Origin: an uncultured Verrucomicrobiae bacterium
Lineage (GTDB): Bacteria > Verrucomicrobiota > Verrucomicrobiia > Chthoniobacterales > UBA10450
Direction of reading: 5' to 3'
Assembly: GCA_963735805.1 (NCBI GenBank)
Contig: CAVTMK010000004.1
Coordinates: 704,001-768,000, forward strand
Length of the DNA stretch: 64,000 nucleotides
Shown here: positions 40,858 to 50,290 of the stretch, piece after piece
How positions within the stretch are numbered: position 1 is the first letter of the stretch
Layout of the letters: each line of letters opens with the position of its first letter
Notes under the pieces: generated by a model
What the model was told of the DNA's origin: nothing
The model's input: the letters and a program-made list of their open reading frames with translations, nothing else
Databases searched by the model: none
Position numbers and translations under genes: made by a program

Positions 40858-41729
40858 CAAGCCGGGTGCGTTGCAGCTGTGGACGGGTTTACGACCCGGC
40901 GAAACACACGACGTGTCCCGAGTGCGGCGCGGAATCCGCGGTAGAATCAGTTGTCGTCGCTGAAAAGGTTAAATCGCCCGTTCCGCCAGAGCTCGATCGT
41001 GAGTCGACGCAGAGTGGTGTTGCGGGAGCGACAGGGACCACAGGGGGCAGAGAAGGTCAGGCCCAACGCGCCGGATTCTTGAAGGATAGGCCGTGGCCGA
41101 TTTACGCTGGGGCGGGTGCATTCGTGTTGGTGATTCTTTTTTTCCTGCTTCGGTCCCAGCATGGGGAGCAACTCGTCAAGAAAGGTGGCGAACGGTCACC
41201 GCCAGTTCCTCAGGAAGCGTCGCCAACCCCAGCTATCTCGATCTCGCCATCTGCAGTACCCACGACTCCGACCGTGACGCCGGAAAGCCCGACACCGGCA
41301 TCATCGGCGGCGCCCTCCTTCGCGCCGGATGGCTTTCAATTGGACCCCCGTCTCATCGGGTCGTGGGAGACCAAAGGCCCTTGGCCGCCCAACTCCGACC
41401 GAGTACAAACCGTCCATTGGACAATTGAAACGGATGGACATTTCACCTTTTCGGGGCCCTGGTCAGACGCAGGGGCAATCACCGCATCGAGCGGCAAGAT
41501 GAAATGGTTTTCCAACAACGGCAGCCAGCCGGCGGATCTCACTTACGAGTTCAACGGCGACTCGCTGGTCACGCACGGTCCGCTTGGTGACGCACTGTGG
41601 TGGCGGGCCAAGCGTTCCAGCCAGCAATCAAGGCGTTCCACCCGTGACAAACCAAGAAGAAACACCGCGCCGGACGACGCAGTGAGACGCGAGATTCTCA
41701 GGAGAATGTTCAACCATTTTCCGCGGTGA
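40854..41729 (+). CDS. Zn-ribbon, TM, Pro-rich linker, beta-domain protein
   Basis: CSCGRVYDPAKHTTCPEC; one TM; LIGSW lipocalin-like start of the C-terminal domain; ATGA overlap. Confidence 0.6.
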   Translation: MTSRVRCSCGRVYDPAKHTTCPECGAESAVESVVVAEKVKSPVPPELDRESTQSGVAGATGTTGGREGQAQRAGFLKDRPWPIYAGAGAFVLVILFFLLRSQHGEQLVKKGGERSPPVPQEASPTPAISISPSAVPTTPTVTPESPTPASSAAPSFAPDGFQLDPRLIGSWETKGPWPPNSDRVQTVHWTIETDGHFTFSGPWSDAGAITASSGKMKWFSNNGSQPADLTYEFNGDSLVTHGPLGDALWWRAKRSSQQSRRSTRDKPRRNTAPDDAVRREILRRMFNHFPR

Positions 41730-41883
41730 GCTGACGTGACTCATTTGCTCGCTCTCTTGGTGTTGCTCGCAGTTTAGACGTCGTCGGTCAGGATAAAATC
41801 CACGGACTCGAAAGTTGCCGACGCGAGACATCGGGTCCCGCTACGACATTCCTCGACTTGGACTGGACTGATGATCACTTCGT

Positions 41884-43167
41884 ATGAATACAAGTGGCGC
41901 GGGACGAGTGGGTCGAGCAGATTACGGTGTGCACAAGGTTGCTGGCAGCACTGTAGATTGGACCGCGCTTCGCGACGATTTCCCGATTCTGGGCGAACAG
42001 GCGCATGGCTATCCCCTAATCTATTTCGATAACGCCGCGACCTCACAAAAACCGCGGGCCGTGATTAAGGCGCTTCAGCATTTTTACGAGCATGCAAATG
42101 CAAACGTTCATCGTGGGCTGCACACTCTGAGCTCCCGCGCGACAGAAGCGTACGAAAAAGCGCGTCAACGCGTTGCGACGTACATCGGTGCGGCCAGCGC
42201 AGACGAAATCGTTTTCACACGCGGAACCACTGAGAGCATCAATCTGGTGGCCCAGGCATGGGCTGGGAAATTTGTTCGTAAAGGAGACGTCATTCTCCTG
42301 ACGGAGATGGAGCACCACAGCAATCTCGTGCCTTGGCAGTTGTTAGCGGAACGAACTGAATCGCGCCTGCGCTTTGTACCAGTCCTCGATGATGGGACTT
42401 TGGATCTTGAAAAGCTGCCTTCATTACTTACGCCGGAGGTGAAAATCTTTGCGTTCACCCATATCTCTAATTCGCTGGGCACAATTAATCCTGTGGCCGA
42501 GTTGTGCGACAGAGCGCACGCTGTCGGCGCGCTTACGCTCATGGATGCGGCACAGAGTGTGGGGCATTTACCGCTCGATGTGCGGGAGGTGGGCTGCGAT
42601 TTTCTGGCGTTTTCCGGACACAAGATGTGTGGACCGACTGGGATCGGCGCGCTTTACGCTCGAAAGGAGATTTTAGATTGCATGCCACCCTGGCACGGCG
42701 GCGGCGAAATGATCGTAAGCGTCGCTTTGGAAAAAAGCACGTTTAAGAAGCCTCCACATCGCTTCGAAGCCGGCACGCCGAACATCGCCGGCGCGATTGG
42801 GCTTGCCGCGGCGATTGATTACCTTGATCGAATCGGACGCGCGGCAATTTTCGAACACGACTCGCAACTGGCGAATTACGCATTCGGTCGCCTGCAAGAA
42901 TTACCAGGGACACGTGTTTTTGGACCACATGAGCAGCGTGGCGCCTTGGTTGGATTTGTGATGGAGGCGGCGCATCCCCACGATCTCACCACATTCGCCG
43001 ACCAATACGGGCTTGCGTTAAGAGGCGGACATCATTGCAACCAGCCATTGATGCGACGGTTGGGTGTGGCGGGGACGACGCGCGCCAGCTTCTATTTTTA
43101 CAATACAACGGAGGAAATCGATCGAATGATTGAAATCCTGCAAAAGGCTTCGCGTTTCTTTTCATGA
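41884..43167 (+). CDS. sufS: Cysteine desulfurase, SufS (class II)
   Basis: YFDNAATSQKP, NVHRG, EHHSN, DAAQ, FSGHKMCGPTGIG, FEAGTP, RGGHHC, RASFYFYN. Confidence 0.95.
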   Translation: MNTSGAGRVGRADYGVHKVAGSTVDWTALRDDFPILGEQAHGYPLIYFDNAATSQKPRAVIKALQHFYEHANANVHRGLHTLSSRATEAYEKARQRVATYIGAASADEIVFTRGTTESINLVAQAWAGKFVRKGDVILLTEMEHHSNLVPWQLLAERTESRLRFVPVLDDGTLDLEKLPSLLTPEVKIFAFTHISNSLGTINPVAELCDRAHAVGALTLMDAAQSVGHLPLDVREVGCDFLAFSGHKMCGPTGIGALYARKEILDCMPPWHGGGEMIVSVALEKSTFKKPPHRFEAGTPNIAGAIGLAAAIDYLDRIGRAAIFEHDSQLANYAFGRLQELPGTRVFGPHEQRGALVGFVMEAAHPHDLTTFADQYGLALRGGHHCNQPLMRRLGVAGTTRASFYFYNTTEEIDRMIEILQKASRFFS

Positions 43168-43628
43168 TTCCGGAAATCGAAGAGCTATATCAGGAAGTCA
43201 TTCTCGATCATTCGCGCCGGCCGCGGAATTTCGGAGAGCTGCCCCATGCCGCGGTCCGCGTGCATGGCGATAATCCTGCGTGCGGCGATGAAATTCATCT
43301 CGCGGTCAAATTCGATGCTGGGGGCGGCTTGGAGGATATCAAGTTCACCGGCAGCGGGTGTGCCATCAGTCAGGCGTCAGCGTCACTGATGACGATGAAA
43401 CTCAAGGGAAAAACTCGCTCGGAAGCGATGGAAATGCTCCACGCATTCCACGATCTTGTGACAACTGACGCAAACGAAGCGCCCAAAACTCTGGGTGATC
43501 TTCGCGTGATGAAGGGTGTGCGAAATTTCCCGCAGCGTGTCAAATGCGCGATGCTTCCGTGGCGGGCGGTGGAGCAGGCGTTTGAGCAGGGCGCCGGTGA
43601 AGCCACCGTTTCAACCGAACCGGCGTGA
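43164..43628 (+). CDS. sufU: SufU (NifU-like) sulfur-transfer protein
   Basis: LYQEVILDH, NPACGD, GCAISQASAS, RVKCAMLPW. Confidence 0.93.
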   Translation: MIPEIEELYQEVILDHSRRPRNFGELPHAAVRVHGDNPACGDEIHLAVKFDAGGGLEDIKFTGSGCAISQASASLMTMKLKGKTRSEAMEMLHAFHDLVTTDANEAPKTLGDLRVMKGVRNFPQRVKCAMLPWRAVEQAFEQGAGEATVSTEPA

Positions 43629-43909
43629 TCGCGCGAAGGAATATGCTTTACATGGTGATCGAGCGCTTCAAAGACGCGCCGGCCATTTATCAACGTCTGC
43701 GCGAAAAAGGTCGGATGATGCCCGAAGGGCTCGAATACGTCTCGAGCTGGATTGATAAGGATCTAAAAACCTGCTGGCAACTGATGCGCGCCGAAGACGA
43801 GTCGCTTTTCCAGCGTTGGACCGATAATTGGAAAGATTTGGTGGATTTCGAGATCATTCCCGTTTGTACGTCGGGCGAAGTGCGAGAACTGATGGAAAAA
43901 GAGCTGTAG
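43625..43909 (+). CDS. DUF3303-like small protein
   Basis: LYMVIERF...GRMMPEGLEYVSSW...CWQLM...WKDLVDFEIIPV. Confidence 0.7.
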   Translation: MIARRNMLYMVIERFKDAPAIYQRLREKGRMMPEGLEYVSSWIDKDLKTCWQLMRAEDESLFQRWTDNWKDLVDFEIIPVCTSGEVRELMEKEL

Positions 43910-43940
43910 GAAATCCGCCGACTTCCATAAGATCCCCGCG

Positions 43941-45131
43941 CTAGCGCTCGTGCAAAGCGATGCTGGCGCCCACCCAGGTTCTATCGATGTTGAAATCGAC
44001 GCCCATCATTTCGCCCTGACTCATTCGCACAAGGTTGTTGACCAGAGTAGGATTGCTGTCGTTTTCCGGCCAGACAAACATCATACGAATCTCGGCCTTC
44101 GATTTCTGGCCACCGACAGTCGCCACAAACGGCGCGTAATCGACTTTCTTCTGCAAGATCCATTCATGGGGATTTTCCAAAGCGGTGATTTTTTGCCGTG
44201 TTGGCTGCATATCCACACCATGACCTGCAAACGAATAAAGCGGCTTCAAAACATAATCGCCGACATTCTCGTTGCCGGGAAACTCATCAGCAAAGAAAGC
44301 CGGTGACGTATGTTCGGTCTTCAGAAACGGCAACGAATGCTTACTGATCCGGAAATACCAATTCGGATGCCCGACCCACGTGACATCAAGTTCGTCCTGA
44401 AACCGAAACGGCAGATTCAAGTCGGGCCGATGAATCAACTCATCAAAAATTACACGATTATAAATGCGCTTGATCCGCACTTGATGCCCTTCGCGATCGT
44501 AAAATAACTGGCGGCCGCGCTTCTTGATTTTCGTCGCGCAAACCGGGCGAATACCAAGAAGTGTTTCCGTTGCGGCAAAATCGATCCGCGTTTTTTGTTT
44601 TTCGGGCTCGATCTCTAACAGAACGACATTTTCTGGAGCCGAATCAGCGATGATTGTGCGTCGTAACAGTTGGAGATAGACATCGTCCTTGATTCCACCA
44701 AACGATGAGGTCCAGTTGCGCGGAATTACCGGGTATGCCTTGCGAATGCAACCAAGTAGCAATAACTGAAATCCGAATAAACTTGGGAAGGCTTGCAATT
44801 CAATCAACCGCGGGACGAGCCGCTTTCCCTCGTCACAAATCGCGAAATCGACCACGAGGAAATTTGGGTGAGCCGATTCGTTTGGGACTTCTAACGCTTT
44901 CGGAACAGCCGTTGCCGCTTGTTTCACGAACTCCGGCGTGCGTGTGGCATCGACGATTGCGTTTGCGCCACGGGTTACATCTTCCGTAAACGCTCGAGTC
45001 AGGAAGATCGGTGTTTCCGAAATCCGAAAATCTGCCGGCCATTTCTCGGTTTCATTTACGCAGCGCACCAATGCCGTGTATTTCTCCGGCGTGAAATCAG
45101 CGTTGAAACGGGCGCGTAGTTCGGTGTGCAT
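43941..45131 (-). CDS. Circularly permuted ATP-grasp / glutathionylspermidine-synthase-like ligase
   Basis: VDFAI...PRLIELQ, RIYNRVIFDE, ISKHSLPFL, YVLKPLYSFAGHGV, WILQKKVDY. Confidence 0.6.
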   Translation of the reverse strand: MHTELRARFNADFTPEKYTALVRCVNETEKWPADFRISETPIFLTRAFTEDVTRGANAIVDATRTPEFVKQAATAVPKALEVPNESAHPNFLVVDFAICDEGKRLVPRLIELQAFPSLFGFQLLLLGCIRKAYPVIPRNWTSSFGGIKDDVYLQLLRRTIIADSAPENVVLLEIEPEKQKTRIDFAATETLLGIRPVCATKIKKRGRQLFYDREGHQVRIKRIYNRVIFDELIHRPDLNLPFRFQDELDVTWVGHPNWYFRISKHSLPFLKTEHTSPAFFADEFPGNENVGDYVLKPLYSFAGHGVDMQPTRQKITALENPHEWILQKKVDYAPFVATVGGQKSKAEIRMMFVWPENDSNPTLVNNLVRMSQGEMMGVDFNIDRTWVGASIALHER

Positions 45132-45182
45132 ATCGTTGAATCACGAATAAAAGACCAACCACCACGACGCGATTACAGCAAA

Positions 45183-46202
45183 TCAGACCAGGAATTTCCC
45201 GCCACGCATCACTTGTTCGCTGTCGAACCAGATGTCGAAGTCGCGACCGACGCAATCGATATGTGTTTTAGAAATCCAGTTTGCGCCGGTGTGCTCGGCA
45301 TAGGGATGACCAAAAGCGATATGGACACCGGGAATCTTTTCGTCCTGCAAGATGTGCCCGATCACATGCGTGCAGGCGGTGTTCGTGCCGATGGCAAATT
45401 CGCCCACGCGATTGCTGTTCTCATCTGTGCTGGTATAAGCGCGAAATGCGTCGCGCAAATCCTTGTTTTCCGATTTCAAAGAGCGGATGCGATTATTTTC
45501 CACTTCGATGGTGAGCGGGCTGGATTCGAGGTCGCCAAAGCGTTCACAGAGATAATCGCCCACCACGCCATCAACGACGAACACTCCGTTAGTATTGAGC
45601 GGCGCAGTGAAAATTTCGCCTCCGGGTAAGTTGCCCCATTTGTCTTTCGTGATGATTCCGCTGGTTTTCAGCCATCTCAATTTCGGGGAAAGCTCAGCCT
45701 CAAACTCGGTGCCGTGCGGTGTCTTGCAGATGATGCGTTCAGCTTTACGGGCGCGTTCGACCAGCCGTTCACTCAGGTCGTCGACCTTCACAAAGTCGGC
45801 GCGCATACCTTCCAGCATGATTTGCCGGTTAATGTTCACCATGTGACCGTGCCGGATCTTGTGATTGTTTACGACGCTGGTCATTTGCGTCCGGGCTGGG
45901 AGCTCGCCCGGCTGGGTTTGGGCAGCGAAGATCGACACCTGGGAGCGCGCCAGATCGTCGAGAATAAGCTGCGGCATATACTTCAACGGACGCGGCGCGT
46001 GGTTCTCCAGCACAAACAAGCTGTATTCGGAACCGACGCTCTCCACTTCCGCTTGCAGCGCCGCCGCGATCTCGCGCGTCGCGGTGTCTGTAATGATTGT
46101 GATTCGCTCCTGTGGCTTTAATCGAAGGCAGACATTGATCGCATTGCGCGCGCCGGGAATTAACTCCGGATCGATTGGCTGAAGATAGGCGCGATCGGGC
46201 AT
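45183..46202 (-). CDS. M29 family (thermophilic-type) aminopeptidase
   Basis: GNLPGGEIFTAP, VGEFAIGTN, ILQDEK...HIAFG, THID. Confidence 0.85.
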   Translation of the reverse strand: MPDRAYLQPIDPELIPGARNAINVCLRLKPQERITIITDTATREIAAALQAEVESVGSEYSLFVLENHAPRPLKYMPQLILDDLARSQVSIFAAQTQPGELPARTQMTSVVNNHKIRHGHMVNINRQIMLEGMRADFVKVDDLSERLVERARKAERIICKTPHGTEFEAELSPKLRWLKTSGIITKDKWGNLPGGEIFTAPLNTNGVFVVDGVVGDYLCERFGDLESSPLTIEVENNRIRSLKSENKDLRDAFRAYTSTDENSNRVGEFAIGTNTACTHVIGHILQDEKIPGVHIAFGHPYAEHTGANWISKTHIDCVGRDFDIWFDSEQVMRGGKFLV

Positions 46203-46405
46203 ATAAAAGTTTTCAGAATTACGCTGAAATCAGGAGCAGGCAAGTCGCCTCTTCCCCGCATTGACGTGAATGGCGGGGAGGCACATCTGCTTGATGCTTT
46301 ATTACGATACACACAAATACTGAGTTTTCGACGAAGAGACTGTATGACTTTATTGGATTCACTTTACGCCACCGTCGCACTGCAACGATTTTCCCATTGT
46401 GCACT

Positions 46406-47065
46406 ATGAGATTGCAAATTCGATCAGCGACCTGGTTTGGGATTGTCCTTGTGCTCTTTTGGATGTGGACCGGTCCAGCGCTGGCCGACGAACAACAGCC
46501 GGCCCTTTCATTTCAAGTGTCAAAGGCTGACGCCCGCAACGCCGAGAAACTGGCCGGCGAACTCGCTTCGCTTTCGCCGAGAGTAAATCGTGACGAGGCA
46601 AAGCTGCTGGCCGACTGCGCGTTCGTCACTGTAAGTAAGCTCAGGCGAGAATACCGCATGTTTGGCACGCCAATCTTCAATAATTTCCTCATTTATCACG
46701 GTCTGAGAAAGCGCGGTTACTGCTACCAATGGTCGGAGGACCTGCTTCTTGCTCTCGATAAATTGAACCTTAAGAGCCTCGAGGTGCATTGGGGCGAATA
46801 TGATCCGAACACCTGGCGTGAGAACAATTGCCTCGTTATTACCGCGAAGGGCCAGTCATTCAACCGCGGGATCATGTTGGAGTGTTGGCGACATCTGGGA
46901 CACCTCTACTTTGGTCCGATAGCCTCGGATTGGGAGACTTATGTGGAGAACAGCTCGTACGCGCGCCGTGTTCGTGACAGAGCAGCGGCCTCAAACGGTT
47001 CCGAGCACAATCATCGGGTCGCTTTTCAAAGGAGCAATGTGGCGAAGAAAAAAGCTGGCGAGTGA
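46406..47065 (+). CDS. Exported hypothetical protein, possibly papain/transglutaminase-like fold
   Basis: Signal peptide (ALA), RGYCYQWSEDL, ENNCLV, GIMLECWR. Confidence 0.55.
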   Translation: MRLQIRSATWFGIVLVLFWMWTGPALADEQQPALSFQVSKADARNAEKLAGELASLSPRVNRDEAKLLADCAFVTVSKLRREYRMFGTPIFNNFLIYHGLRKRGYCYQWSEDLLLALDKLNLKSLEVHWGEYDPNTWRENNCLVITAKGQSFNRGIMLECWRHLGHLYFGPIASDWETYVENSSYARRVRDRAAASNGSEHNHRVAFQRSNVAKKKAGE

Positions 47066-47146
47066 GAGCGCGACGGTGACGCCCGGAGCCGTGAGCTGCT
47101 GAAATTTCTTGCGTGTGCCGCAACGCGGCTACAAGATCGCTGCGCG

Positions 47147-47470
47147 ATGAGCACGTTCGCCCGCTCAACAAATCACGGACGCTCATTTGTTGCGACGTGC
47201 GTCGGCGCCGCATTTCTCTGGGCGCTCGCACTGAGTGTTTCGCCGCAACTGCATCAGTACATCCACGCGGACGCGAATCACGCCGAGCATAGTTGCGCAG
47301 TTACGGCGATCGCATCAGGCAACTGTGATCACGTCACCCATCCGCCGTTCGTCACTGCACCCGTTCCGGCCATTCAATTTTCAGAAATTCCAGCGTTGAC
47401 CGCATGTTGGGTTCAATCGCTGTTTCTTGGCGCATGCATTTTCGAGCATGCGCCACCCACGCGCGCCTAG
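47147..47470 (+). CDS. DUF2946/CruR-like leader protein 1 (TM, His/Cys motif, C-terminal HAPP)
   Basis: LHQYIH...HSCAVTAIASGNC...FEHAPP; paralogue at 49835; directly upstream of a TonB receptor. Confidence 0.7.
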   Translation: MSTFARSTNHGRSFVATCVGAAFLWALALSVSPQLHQYIHADANHAEHSCAVTAIASGNCDHVTHPPFVTAPVPAIQFSEIPALTACWVQSLFLGACIFEHAPPTRA

Positions 47471-47635
47471 ACACGTCGCTGGGCCGCGTTCCCGCGGAGC
47501 GTTAGAAGTCGATTACTTCGCCTGAGTCGCGGCACGGTCTTCGTGCACAAGCCGCCGCTTTTCACCTGGCTTCACACAGATCGTGAGTGCCTTCAACCAA
47601 TCCAACATCTGAAAACCTATTTAAAGAACATCAAA

Positions 47636-49759
47636 ATGAAAAAATTTCTGATCCTATCGGTCACAATGTCGCTTATGCGGAACATCTCTTTGGGTCAAGA
47701 CGCCGCTGCGACATCGGCCAGTCCGAGCCCTTCGCCAGCGGGCACAGCAGAAGTGGAGCGCGTGGTCGTCCAAAGTCAGGAGATGGACATCACGCGTGAA
47801 CAGATCGTTCCGAGTCTCGGTGCGACCCGTTACACGGTCGGCCCCGACAGACTAGATTCCCAATCGCAAGGCGAAGACGCGCCATTTAATCAAACGATGC
47901 TGCGTTTCCCCGGTGTCGCACAGGATTCGTTCGGTCAGCTTCATGTCCGTGGCGAACATGCAAACTTACAATACCGCATCGATGACGTGCTTCTCCCGGA
48001 AAGTATTCCAGGTTTTGGCCAGGTACTAGAGACCCGCTTTGCGGACAACATTTCGCTCATTACTGGCGCACTGCCAGCGCAGTTTGGATTTCGCAACACC
48101 GGCGTAATTGATATCCACACGAAGAATGGCGCTGTTTTCCAGCAGGGCGATGCATCGGTGTATGGCGGAAGCTTCGGCACCATCATGCCGAGTCTTGAGT
48201 ACGGCGGCGTGGAGGGGAAGATGAATTATTACGTCACCGGGAGTTACCTTCACGACGGCATCGGGATCGAGAATCCGACCGGGACTGCCAGCCCGATCCA
48301 CGACGACACCGATCAGTATCGAATGTTTGGGTACTCTTCGTACATTATCGATGACACCAGCCGATTCGTGTTGCTGACAAGCGGCTACCACGGCGGTTTC
48401 GAAATTCCGAACAATCCCGGACAAACGCCAGAGTTCACCGACATGGGAAGGTCGACATTCAACTCGGCGAAGCTCGATGAAACCCAGGTCGAGCAAGATG
48501 CATATGCCATTCTCGCCTATCAAAGGAAGATTGACGATTTCAATATGCAGGCGTCGGTTTTTACCCTTTATAGCTCGGTGCTGTTTCGGCCCGATGATGT
48601 AGGCGATCTCATTTTCAACGGTGTCGCCTCACGCGTTGATCGCGACATTTTCTCCAATGGAATCACGTTGGACGCGAGCTATAAACTCACAGATCAACAC
48701 ACGCTCCGCGGTGGATTCCTTATAACTGCGCAGCACGCCACCGTCGGAACGTCCACACTGGTTTTCCCGGCCGATGCAAATGGCAACCAGACAAGCGACG
48801 TTCCCCTGCGGATTGTCGATGACAGCGGCAGGTACGGCTACTTCTACGGATTCTATTTGCAGGATGAATGGAAACCATTCGAACAACTGACGATCAATTT
48901 CGGCGGCCGCTTCGACATCGTGGACGCGTTCGCGCACGAGAACCAGCTCAGTCCTCGTATCAACATCGTTTGGGAGCCGTTAAAAGGCACGACATTTCAC
49001 ACCGGTTATGCGCGCTATTTCACACCACCGCCGCTGGAAAATGTCGAACAAGGGACGATCTCAAAGTTCGACAGCACAACCAACGAATCGGCAATTCGGC
49101 AGGATTCCGTCACGAAATCGGAGCGCGCGCATTATTTCGATGCGGGCGTGACGCAGAAAATTGCGGAAGGTTTCAATTTAGGTATCGATGGTTTTTACAA
49201 AAGCTCGCACTCGGTTCTTGATGAAGGTCAGTTCGGCGAAGCGCTCATTCTTTCGTCATTCAATTACAAGCGAGGCGAAATTTACGGAGGCGAATTCACG
49301 GCGAACTATGACAAGGGGGGATTCTCCGCCTATCTAAACGCGGCCTACGAATGGGCTCGCGGCACGAACGTCAGCTCGGCGCAATTTCTATTCGATCCGG
49401 ACGAGTTCGCCTATATCAAGAAAAACTGGGTCTTCCTTGACCACGACCAGCGCTTCACCGGCTCAGCCGGCATCTCCTACACGTGGAACGATTGGAGAGC
49501 ATCAATCGACGGGCTCTATGGAAACGGGTTGCGCCGAGGTTTTGCCAACACGCAAAAGAACCCTCCCTATGAGACATTCAACGTCAGCTTGTCACGCCGA
49601 ATTCAAATCACGGAGAAGACAGCCGTCAAAATCCGTTTCGATGTGGTGAATATCTTCGATGAGATCTACGAACTACGCGACGGCAGCGGCATCGGTGTCG
49701 GCGCTCCACAATTCGGACAGCGCCGTGGTTTTTATGGTACTGTGGCTTACGATTTTTAA
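47636..49759 (+). CDS. TonB-dependent outer-membrane receptor
   Basis: Signal peptide, TonB-box-like ERVVV, plug PGV...LHVRGE, LQDEW, SPRIN, NIFD, C-terminal YDF; start moved to ATG 47636. Confidence 0.9.
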   Translation: MKKFLILSVTMSLMRNISLGQDAAATSASPSPSPAGTAEVERVVVQSQEMDITREQIVPSLGATRYTVGPDRLDSQSQGEDAPFNQTMLRFPGVAQDSFGQLHVRGEHANLQYRIDDVLLPESIPGFGQVLETRFADNISLITGALPAQFGFRNTGVIDIHTKNGAVFQQGDASVYGGSFGTIMPSLEYGGVEGKMNYYVTGSYLHDGIGIENPTGTASPIHDDTDQYRMFGYSSYIIDDTSRFVLLTSGYHGGFEIPNNPGQTPEFTDMGRSTFNSAKLDETQVEQDAYAILAYQRKIDDFNMQASVFTLYSSVLFRPDDVGDLIFNGVASRVDRDIFSNGITLDASYKLTDQHTLRGGFLITAQHATVGTSTLVFPADANGNQTSDVPLRIVDDSGRYGYFYGFYLQDEWKPFEQLTINFGGRFDIVDAFAHENQLSPRINIVWEPLKGTTFHTGYARYFTPPPLENVEQGTISKFDSTTNESAIRQDSVTKSERAHYFDAGVTQKIAEGFNLGIDGFYKSSHSVLDEGQFGEALILSSFNYKRGEIYGGEFTANYDKGGFSAYLNAAYEWARGTNVSSAQFLFDPDEFAYIKKNWVFLDHDQRFTGSAGISYTWNDWRASIDGLYGNGLRRGFANTQKNPPYETFNVSLSRRIQITEKTAVKIRFDVVNIFDEIYELRDGSGIGVGAPQFGQRRGFYGTVAYDF

Positions 49760-49834
49760 TGCCGTTTAGTAACTGACGCAGCACTGGACAGAAAGTTCTT
49801 GCGAAACAAGTGCCAGAAGGCAAAATCGCGCTCA

Positions 49835-50161
49835 ATGCCGCGCCGGGCGCTTCGCATTCGAAAAACTTGGCTTAGCACTACCACTGCCCTCGTTCTCGCT
49901 GCAGGGATTGTGCTAATGCTCGGCTTTTCAGTCGCGCCGAATCTGCACGAACGACTCCATCCCACGGGCGGGTCGATTCATGAATGTGCAGTGACGCTTA
50001 TCGCGTCCGGCAGTTGTCATTACAACGCTGCTCCGCCATTGATGATCGCACCCAGGACGGCGTTGCATCTTTCGAAGATTCCGGCTCTCAGTCCAGAGTG
50101 GATTGAATCACCGTTTCTCAGAGCGAGCGTTTTCGAACACGCGCCTCCGGCGCACTTCTGA
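49835..50161 (+). CDS. DUF2946/CruR-like leader protein 2 (TM, His/Cys motif, C-terminal HAPP)
   Basis: LHERLH...HECAVTLIASGSC...FEHAPP; start moved to ATG 49835. Confidence 0.7.
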   Translation: MPRRALRIRKTWLSTTTALVLAAGIVLMLGFSVAPNLHERLHPTGGSIHECAVTLIASGSCHYNAAPPLMIAPRTALHLSKIPALSPEWIESPFLRASVFEHAPPAHF

Positions 50162-50290
50162 ATCGTTGGTAATCCCGCTTTGCGCGGGCCGCGGCGTTTA
50201 GCGCGTTCCTCTCGCTGCTGAATCAACGTGCGCAGAACGCAAATTCATTGGGCGATTTCGGCCCGAGTTTTTTGAATCAGGAGTCTATGA

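Noticed and set aside
38996..41729. Zorya defence system or flagellar stator
   Set aside because: No long ZorA tail, no OmpA-like domain in the partner, no ZorC/D/E and no flagellar genes
46228..46295. Hairpin between the divergent aminopeptidase and hypothetical genes as an ncRNA
   Set aside because: A single stem with no second copy or family motif; insufficient evidence
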